Under the pieces are notes generated by a model. That model searched no databases, had not been told where the DNA came from, and was given only the letters and a program-made list of their open reading frames with translations. The translations under genes and the position numbers were made by a program. DNA of 64,000 nt from assembly GCA_023230985.1 (NCBI GenBank), contig JALNWH010000001.1:2397-66396 (forward strand), given 5' to 3'. This document shows positions 58,511 through 64,000 of the stretch, in pieces. This stretch comes from Bacillota bacterium (GTDB lineage: Bacteria; Bacillota; Clostridia; Lutisporales; Lutisporaceae). The first letter of the stretch is position 1; every line of letters begins with the position of its first letter.

Positions 58511-59632
58511 TTATTTTGAAAATTTTATAAAGACTTCGTTAGCTAAATCTTTGCCTCTCTTGGTTAAAGTAATGTTTTTTTCCCTTACATTTAACAATCC
58601 GTCACTTTTAAGCCGCACAACTACATCTTCGTATATATCCATAAAACCTTTACCGTATCTATTATAAAAATCATCAATATTTAGACCTTCGTTTAGCCTG
58701 AGGTTTAAAAAAATTGTTTCCCACATATCTTCCTTTTCACAAATATCCTCGTAGCCTTCAATAATATCTTCATTGCTGTCAAGTTTGGATATATATTCTC
58801 TTACTCCTCTTACATTCCAAAATCTTTTTGAATCCAGTCTGCTGTGGCTGCCTGCCCCTACCCCTATATATTCTTCGTTTTTCCAATATATTAAATTATG
58901 TTTACACTCATAACCTTCTTTAGCATAGTTTGAAATTTCATATTGTTTATATCCCCGATAGCCCAAAATTTCCTCCGTTAAATAGTACATGTTCCTATCC
59001 GTATCTTCATCGGGAATAGTTAATTCTCCGGATTTAACAAGTTTATACAAAGGAGTAGACTCTTCCAATATCAGGCTATAACATGATATATGCGTAGGCT
59101 CGAGGCTGCAAACATTTAAAAGAGTTTCCTCCCACATTTTTATAGTTTGATTCGGCAGAGAAAACATTAAATCTACATTTATATTTTCAAATCCTTGTTC
59201 TCTGGCCATTGAGTAGCCTGATAAAAAATCTTCATAGCTATGTATGCGTCCAATAGTTTTTAAAAGCTCCTTTTGCTTCGCTTGTAATCCGATACTTAGC
59301 CTATTTATCCCCATTTTATAGTATTCATTTATAGAGTTTTCTTTGAGTGTTTCAGGATTGCATTCTATAGTTATTTCCCCGTCCTTCTTTATAAAAGAAG
59401 ATATCAAATCCATTATTTTACCTATATTCTTACATTTAATAACGGTGGGAGTTCCCCCACCGATAAAAACTGTCTTAAATCTATATTTATTAGCACTAAG
59501 ATAAGCATTAATCTCTTTACACAACGAATCAATATAGTTATCCTCTTCGTGTATTATATATGAGTTGAAATCACAATATAAACACTTTTTCTTACAAAAA
59601 GGAATGTGAATATATAAACCGATTTCTTTCAT
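58511..59632 (-). CDS. hemW: Radical SAM heme chaperone HemW (HemN-like, coproporphyrinogen oxidase family)
   Basis: It reads LYIHIPFCKKKCLYCDF and has a GGGTP motif. It lies between lepA and hrcA, as in B. subtilis. Confidence 0.9.
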   Translation of the reverse strand: MKEIGLYIHIPFCKKKCLYCDFNSYIIHEEDNYIDSLCKEINAYLSANKYRFKTVFIGGGTPTVIKCKNIGKIMDLISSFIKKDGEITIECNPETLKENSINEYYKMGINRLSIGLQAKQKELLKTIGRIHSYEDFLSGYSMAREQGFENINVDLMFSLPNQTIKMWEETLLNVCSLEPTHISCYSLILEESTPLYKLVKSGELTIPDEDTDRNMYYLTEEILGYRGYKQYEISNYAKEGYECKHNLIYWKNEEYIGVGAGSHSRLDSKRFWNVRGVREYISKLDSNEDIIEGYEDICEKEDMWETIFLNLRLNEGLNIDDFYNRYGKGFMDIYEDVVVRLKSDGLLNVREKNITLTKRGKDLANEVFIKFSK

Positions 59633-59640
59633 AAAATCAC

Positions 59641-61449
59641 CTAATCATCAAGTTTTAGTACCGACATAAAAGCTTCTTGCGGCAACTCTACACTGCCTAC
59701 CTGTCTCATTCTCTTTTTGCCTTCCTTTTGTTTTTCTAAAAGCTTCTTTTTCCTGGTAATGTCTCCGCCATAGCATTTAGCCAACACGTCTTTCCTAAGT
59801 GCCCTAACCGTTTCCCGTGCAATAATCTTTTGTCCTACAGCCGCTTGTATGGGTATTTCAAAAAGTTGCCTGGGTATTACATTCTTTAGTTTTTCCGCAA
59901 TAGCTCTACCTTTTGTATAAGCCTTATCCTTATGGACAATAAAAGAAAGAGCATCAACAGGTTCGGAGTTTATCAAAATATCCAATTTAACCAAATCTGA
60001 TCTGGAATAACCTTTTAAAACATAATCAAAGGAAGCATAACCTTTAGTCCTGGATTTCAAAGCATCAAAAAAGTCAAAAATTATCTCATTTAAAGGCAAA
60101 TTATAATGCAGTATGGCTCTTTTCTCCTCTATATATTCCATATTTATAAAAACACCGCGCCGGTTTTGACATAATTCCATAATAGTTCCCACATACTCTG
60201 TAGGAGTCATTATAGATGCTTCCACTATTGGCTCTTCCAAATAATCAATTTCCTGCAGCTGCGGTAAATTCGTAGGATTAGACACTTCAATTTTTTCCCC
60301 GTTCGTCTTTATAACATGGTAAATTACACTGGGAGCAGTGGTTATCAAATCAAGGTTATGTTCTCTTTCCAATCTTTCCTGTATGATTTCCATATGAAGA
60401 AGTCCTAAAAAACCGCATCTAAATCCAAATCCAAGTGCTACCGACACTTCCGGTTCGAATAATAAAGCCGCATCATTAAGCTGTAGTTTTTCCAAAGCAT
60501 CCCTTAAATCATTATAATCTGCACCGTCTGCAGGGTAGATTCCACAATATACCATTGATGTTACTTTCCTATACCCGGGTAATGGTGAATCACAAGGATT
60601 CTTTCCATCGGTAATCGTATCACCTACATGGACATCTCTTACATTTTTTATGCTTCCCGTTATATATCCAACCTCGCCCGCAGAAAGTTCTCCTCGGGGA
60701 ACAAATCCCGGATTCAAAGTCCCCACCTCCACGACCTCATACTTAGCATTATTAGACATCATCTTGATTATCATACCGGGCTTAACTACTCCGTCAAAAA
60801 CTCTGATATATGCAATAACGCCTTTATAGCTATCATATAAAGAATCAAATATTAATGCTTTAAGCGGTTTTTCTTTTGATCCTTTTGGAGCAGGAACGTA
60901 TTTTATAATGCCTTCTAAAACCTCATCAATGCCTATATTTTCTTTAGCGGATATCAGCGCTGCATCTTCCGCATCCAAACCGATTATATCTTCTATTTCC
61001 TTTTTAACAAAATCGGGATCCGCACTGGGTAAATCAATTTTGTTTATTACCGGATATAACTCCAAGTCATTATCCAAAGCTAAGTAAACATTAGCCAATG
61101 TCTGTGCCTCAATCCCTTGAGTAGCATCCACTATGACAATAGCACCTTCACATGCAGCAAGGCTTCTTGAAACTTCGTAAGTGAAATCCACATGTCCCGG
61201 AGTATCAATTAAATTAAAAATATATATTTGCCCATCATTGGCCTCATACTCCAACCTTACGGAAGTTAGCTTAATTGTAATACCTCTTTCTTTTTCCAGA
61301 TCCATATTATCCAAAACTTGAGATTCCATTTTCCTTTGAGCTATAACTCCGGTTTTCTCTATCATTCTATCGGCTAAAGTTGATTTGCCATGATCAATAT
61401 GGGCTATTATACAAAAATTCCTGATATATTTTTGATTATCATTTTGCAT
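59641..61449 (-). CDS. lepA: Translation elongation factor 4 (LepA)
   Basis: The protein reads [20 protein letters not shown]...DTPGHVDF...NKIDL. GGGAGAAG lies upstream of the ATG at 61449. Confidence 0.95.
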   Translation of the reverse strand: MQNDNQKYIRNFCIIAHIDHGKSTLADRMIEKTGVIAQRKMESQVLDNMDLEKERGITIKLTSVRLEYEANDGQIYIFNLIDTPGHVDFTYEVSRSLAACEGAIVIVDATQGIEAQTLANVYLALDNDLELYPVINKIDLPSADPDFVKKEIEDIIGLDAEDAALISAKENIGIDEVLEGIIKYVPAPKGSKEKPLKALIFDSLYDSYKGVIAYIRVFDGVVKPGMIIKMMSNNAKYEVVEVGTLNPGFVPRGELSAGEVGYITGSIKNVRDVHVGDTITDGKNPCDSPLPGYRKVTSMVYCGIYPADGADYNDLRDALEKLQLNDAALLFEPEVSVALGFGFRCGFLGLLHMEIIQERLEREHNLDLITTAPSVIYHVIKTNGEKIEVSNPTNLPQLQEIDYLEEPIVEASIMTPTEYVGTIMELCQNRRGVFINMEYIEEKRAILHYNLPLNEIIFDFFDALKSRTKGYASFDYVLKGYSRSDLVKLDILINSEPVDALSFIVHKDKAYTKGRAIAEKLKNVIPRQLFEIPIQAAVGQKIIARETVRALRKDVLAKCYGGDITRKKKLLEKQKEGKKRMRQVGSVELPQEAFMSVLKLDD

Positions 61450-61548
61450 AGATATCTTCTCCCTAGTATATTTAGAATAATGCATATCAAATTATAACAT
61501 ATAGAACTTTAACATGAAAGGAAAATGTAGATTGTTGGATTTGCTAAA

Positions 61549-61851
61549 TCAATGAAAGTAGCTTATTAGATTATTATAGGATGTGTGTAGAATATCTATA
61601 ATAGGCTTAACATATAGCCTAAAAGTATTACCGGCAATATCAAGCCTGAGTATCCCATTGTCTTCGTATTTTGCATAGACAGCATGTGTGTCATCACTTT
61701 TTTGCATCATTTTTGAAGTGGCATTATCAACAATATTGACCATACAAAGAAAAAAAACAATACAAAGAAAAATAGTTAAAAACTGCTTTCTCTTAATCTT
61801 CCTTTTGGCTTTCTTTTGTTTTTTTTCTTCAATTCTTCCCAAGATGCTCAC
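61549..61851 (-). CDS. Small membrane protein in the yqxA position (between spoIIP and lepA)
   Basis: It has a basic N-terminus (KKQKKAKRKIKRK) followed by one TM helix. It overlaps the spoIIP stop by 4 nt. Homology to YqxA is inferred from position and size only. Confidence 0.55.
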   Translation of the reverse strand: MSILGRIEEKKQKKAKRKIKRKQFLTIFLCIVFFLCMVNIVDNATSKMMQKSDDTHAVYAKYEDNGILRLDIAGNTFRLYVKPIIDILHTSYNNLISYFH

Positions 61852-62960
61852 TCCTGTAAATCTTTCAATACCTCACCAATTACATTTGATAATAGTTCTC
61901 CGGAATACGCAGCTTCATCAATTGTATTCAGCATACAACCAACTTCAATTAAAATACAATAATCGCTTACATATTGGTTATATTTACTTCTCGTCTTTAT
62001 ATCTGTTTTTAAATACAAGCCCGGATATAACTTTTCCATCTTTTTGCTTATATATGCGGAAAACTTTTTAAGCTCTGAATAATTAGGATTGGCACTGCTG
62101 GTAACTAACATAATTCTTGCAGCCTTTTTGCCATTTATCGTCGTTGTATATTCATCTTTTTTGACCTTCTTGTGTTCATTATTATTCACCGTAAAAGCAT
62201 CCCTATGAATATCCAAAAAAACTTTTAAAGACCTGTTTTTCGTAGTTTGTTGTTTAATAGTTGCTAAAGAATTAATATAAGAATAAGCATAAGACTCCTT
62301 ATCATGATAAGTCTTATCATGCACAACTATGTATTTATATTTATCCTGTAAGTTCTTTGCCATTATACTGCCAACAAGTATTACACTGTGCTTTTCATTC
62401 AGTGTATGATAATTTCCCTCACTATATGGTGTATAACTTTCTGTCGCATGGCTATGATAAATTAAAACTTCCGGAATTTTTTTTGTTAATGCAAGTTTCC
62501 TTGGAGCTTCAATATTTTGAAATATTTCTTCCGTTTTTTTAACTTGCCCTTCTTCTTCATATGCCTTATATTCGTCCTCTTCACTAAAATATATTTCTCC
62601 CTCAGGTACGTCTGAGTAGCTTTCTATATCAAGCAATCCAATTTCAGAGATATCCTTGGAAATATCAAACTTTTCACGCATTATTTGTGAAAATCCGAAA
62701 AAACTGTATTGCATAAAATTGAAGGGATTAAATTTCATTTTTATTGCACTGTCATTATGAACTAAACTGGAACTTGCAACATAGCTACTGTTATTATTTT
62801 TACCGATTGAATTAAATCCCGGTATTGAGTTGCATAGAATATTTAAATATGCAGTATTTGAAGAAACCCTATTAAAACTATATAACAGGATTCCAATAAT
62901 AAAAATAGTAATAAAAAATGCCGGCAAAAATGTAGATTTATTTTTTCTGTGTCTTATCAT
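61848..62960 (-). CDS. spoIIP: Stage II sporulation protein P
   Basis: It has an N-terminal TM helix and the conserved IYHSHATESYTP and ...DIHRDA... motifs. It lies downstream of gpr. Confidence 0.9.
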   Translation of the reverse strand: MIRHRKNKSTFLPAFFITIFIIGILLYSFNRVSSNTAYLNILCNSIPGFNSIGKNNNSSYVASSSLVHNDSAIKMKFNPFNFMQYSFFGFSQIMREKFDISKDISEIGLLDIESYSDVPEGEIYFSEEDEYKAYEEEGQVKKTEEIFQNIEAPRKLALTKKIPEVLIYHSHATESYTPYSEGNYHTLNEKHSVILVGSIMAKNLQDKYKYIVVHDKTYHDKESYAYSYINSLATIKQQTTKNRSLKVFLDIHRDAFTVNNNEHKKVKKDEYTTTINGKKAARIMLVTSSANPNYSELKKFSAYISKKMEKLYPGLYLKTDIKTRSKYNQYVSDYCILIEVGCMLNTIDEAAYSGELLSNVIGEVLKDLQE

Positions 62961-62992
62961 ACCATATACCTCTACCCCTACATTCTTCTTCT

Positions 62993-63021
62993 TTTATATG
63001 CTTATTTTTGATATATTATGC
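62993..63021 (-). promoter_or_regulatory. Candidate sigma-E type sporulation promoter upstream of spoIIP
   Basis: The minus strand reads GCATAAT, a 14-nt spacer, then CATATAAA. The B. subtilis sigma-E pattern, as I recall it, is TCATATT-14-CATACAAT. The -10 ends about 33 nt before the ATG. Confidence 0.3.
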
Positions 63022-63034
63022 CGGCTAAAAAGTT

Positions 63035-64000
63035 CTAATTTACTAATCTGGCAACGTTATCCATATGAATACTGGGGTGTAAAGAGATATTTAAACCATC
63101 TGCAAGTATATCGGAAATATCATCTATAATGCTATCTATCTCTTTGGGAGTAACAATCATATCTCTTAATTGTTCTGAAAAAACTCCACTGATTAGTTCA
63201 TATTTTTCTTCCTGATCCAGGCTGTCAATCATACTTAAAAGCGCATTATCCTTTTTCCCTTCCTTCTTGAGGCCATCAATAATCATATCAATGGTATCCG
63301 TTGCCATTGTAGCGGCATCTATTACTGTTGGTACTCCTATGGCAATGACGTCAACTCCTAAGCTATCCTTACTTAACTCTTTTCTATTATTTCCTACCCC
63401 AGAACCGGGATTAATACCGGCATCTGAAATTTGTATTGTAGAATTAACTCTTTCCATTCTTCTTGAAGCTAAAGCATCAACTACAATTACTAAGTCAGGT
63501 TTTACATGATTAACCACACCGGCTATTATTTCACTTGTTTCTATACCTGTAATACCTAATACACCGGGAGAAATAGCTGATACAGGTCTCACACTTTCAT
63601 CGATTTGTTCCGGAACATATTCAGTTATATGCCGGGTCACCAATACTTTTTCCGTTACCTTCGGGCCAAGTGCATCCGGTGTGATATTCCAATTGCCTAA
63701 ACCAACAATCAAAATTGAAGAATCGTCTTTTAAATCCATTAACCTATCTAACTCTTTTGCAATGTTTTTGCTTAAATCTTCCATTAAATCTACATCTTTA
63801 TATTTTAGATCCGGCACTTCAATAGTTATATAGTTACCTATAGGTTTACCAAGCGCCTTAACACCTGACTCATCAGTTATTTTAACTCGTGTTATTTTTA
63901 TATTTTCGTTACCATCGTTTTCAACCGTTACACCGGGTATAGTTTCTTTGCTTTCCTCTTCAAAAATTTCCTTAGCTTCCAAAGCCAGATCCGTTCTGAT
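63035..64000 (-). CDS. gpr: Spore germination protease GPR (5' end outside the window)
   Basis: The frame stays open to the window edge. The translation starts ...IRTDLALEAKEIFEE, the conserved GPR N-terminal region, then ...LIVGLGNWNITPDALGP... and ...VIAIGVPTV.... Confidence 0.9.
   Translation of the reverse strand: MRTDLALEAKEIFEEESKETIPGVTVENDGNENIKITRVKITDESGVKALGKPIGNYITIEVPDLKYKDVDLMEDLSKNIAKELDRLMDLKDDSSILIVGLGNWNITPDALGPKVTEKVLVTRHITEYVPEQIDESVRPVSAISPGVLGITGIETSEIIAGVVNHVKPDLVIVVDALASRRMERVNSTIQISDAGINPGSGVGNNRKELSKDSLGVDVIAIGVPTVIDAATMATDTIDMIIDGLKKEGKKDNALLSMIDSLDQEEKYELISGVFSEQLRDMIVTPKEIDSIIDDISDILADGLNISLHPSIHMDNVARLVN

Noticed and set aside
3895-62071. Many 60-135-aa ORFs lying antisense within, or overlapping, long well-supported genes. 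Examples are 3895-4107, 8101-8403, 19632-19973, 22893-23279, 47229-47636, 55285-55671, 57777-58163 and 61688-62071.
   Set aside because: All sit inside strongly supported genes on the opposite strand. They have low-complexity Ser/Leu/Ile/Phe-rich translations, no SD and no recognisable motifs. This is typical shadow-ORF behaviour.
1-64000. A window-wide look for CRISPR arrays, IS transposases, integrases, phage modules, toxin-antitoxin pairs and restriction or defence genes.
   Set aside because: I found no regularly spaced direct repeats. No ORF carried transposase, integrase, phage or nuclease-defence hallmarks. The only repeats are the four MITE-like copies reported above.

Overview
This is an AT-rich chromosomal segment from an endospore-forming, low-GC Firmicute that looks Clostridia-like. 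The species cannot be named from the sequence alone. It holds about 60 protein genes, nearly all on the minus strand, plus one tRNA-Ala(GGC), two T-box leaders (Asn and Gly) and a perfect CIRCE operator.

From about 31.4 kb to 64 kb lies the conserved Bacillus/Clostridium yqe-yqf housekeeping and sporulation block, in essentially B. subtilis order. Read along the minus strand it runs: gpr, spoIIP, a yqxA-position gene, lepA, hemW, CIRCE-hrcA-grpE-dnaK-dnaJ, prmA, rsmE, mtaB, HIT, rpsU, yqeY, nfeD, floA, a yqfB-position gene, yqfC, yqfD, phoH, pgpH-like, ybeY, a DUF3048 lipoprotein where B. subtilis has dgkA, cdd, era, recO, T-box-glyQ-glyS, PPDK regulatory protein, ppdK.

The left half is more accessory:
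- a HAD hydrolase;
- an operon of a long FtsA-like ATPase, a VanW protein and a DUF2225 protein;
- a GNAT fusion and a small P-loop kinase;
- T-box-asnS;
- threonine dehydratase, butyrate kinase, a 108-aa ORF and a MATE pump;
- an OmpR/histidine-kinase pair with a 617-aa lipoprotein;
- cyanophycinase and cyanophycin synthetase;
- a GH3 NagZ-like lipoprotein and a GerMN lipoprotein;
- a Liv-type ABC transporter with two binding proteins;
- a NUDIX hydrolase and a family-4 UDG.

The few plus-strand genes (5.2-7.3 kb, 13.7-17.7 kb, 21.5-22.7 kb, 30.0-30.6 kb) are all accessory.

I see no CRISPR array, transposase or integrase, phage genes, toxin-antitoxin pair or recognisable defence island, and I cannot claim a convincing new multi-gene system. 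The two most unexpected things are:
- a family of roughly 120-bp MITE-like elements. Two are full-length with terminal inverted repeats and flanking direct duplications, two are degenerate, and all lie upstream of minus-strand genes. The two full-length copies carry an outward promoter-like -35/-10.
- the uncharacterised FtsA-like/VanW/DUF2225 operon, whose ATPase carries four C-terminal modules reminiscent of ThiS/MoaD.

All work was done by eye. Small-motif coordinates may be off by 1-2 nt.
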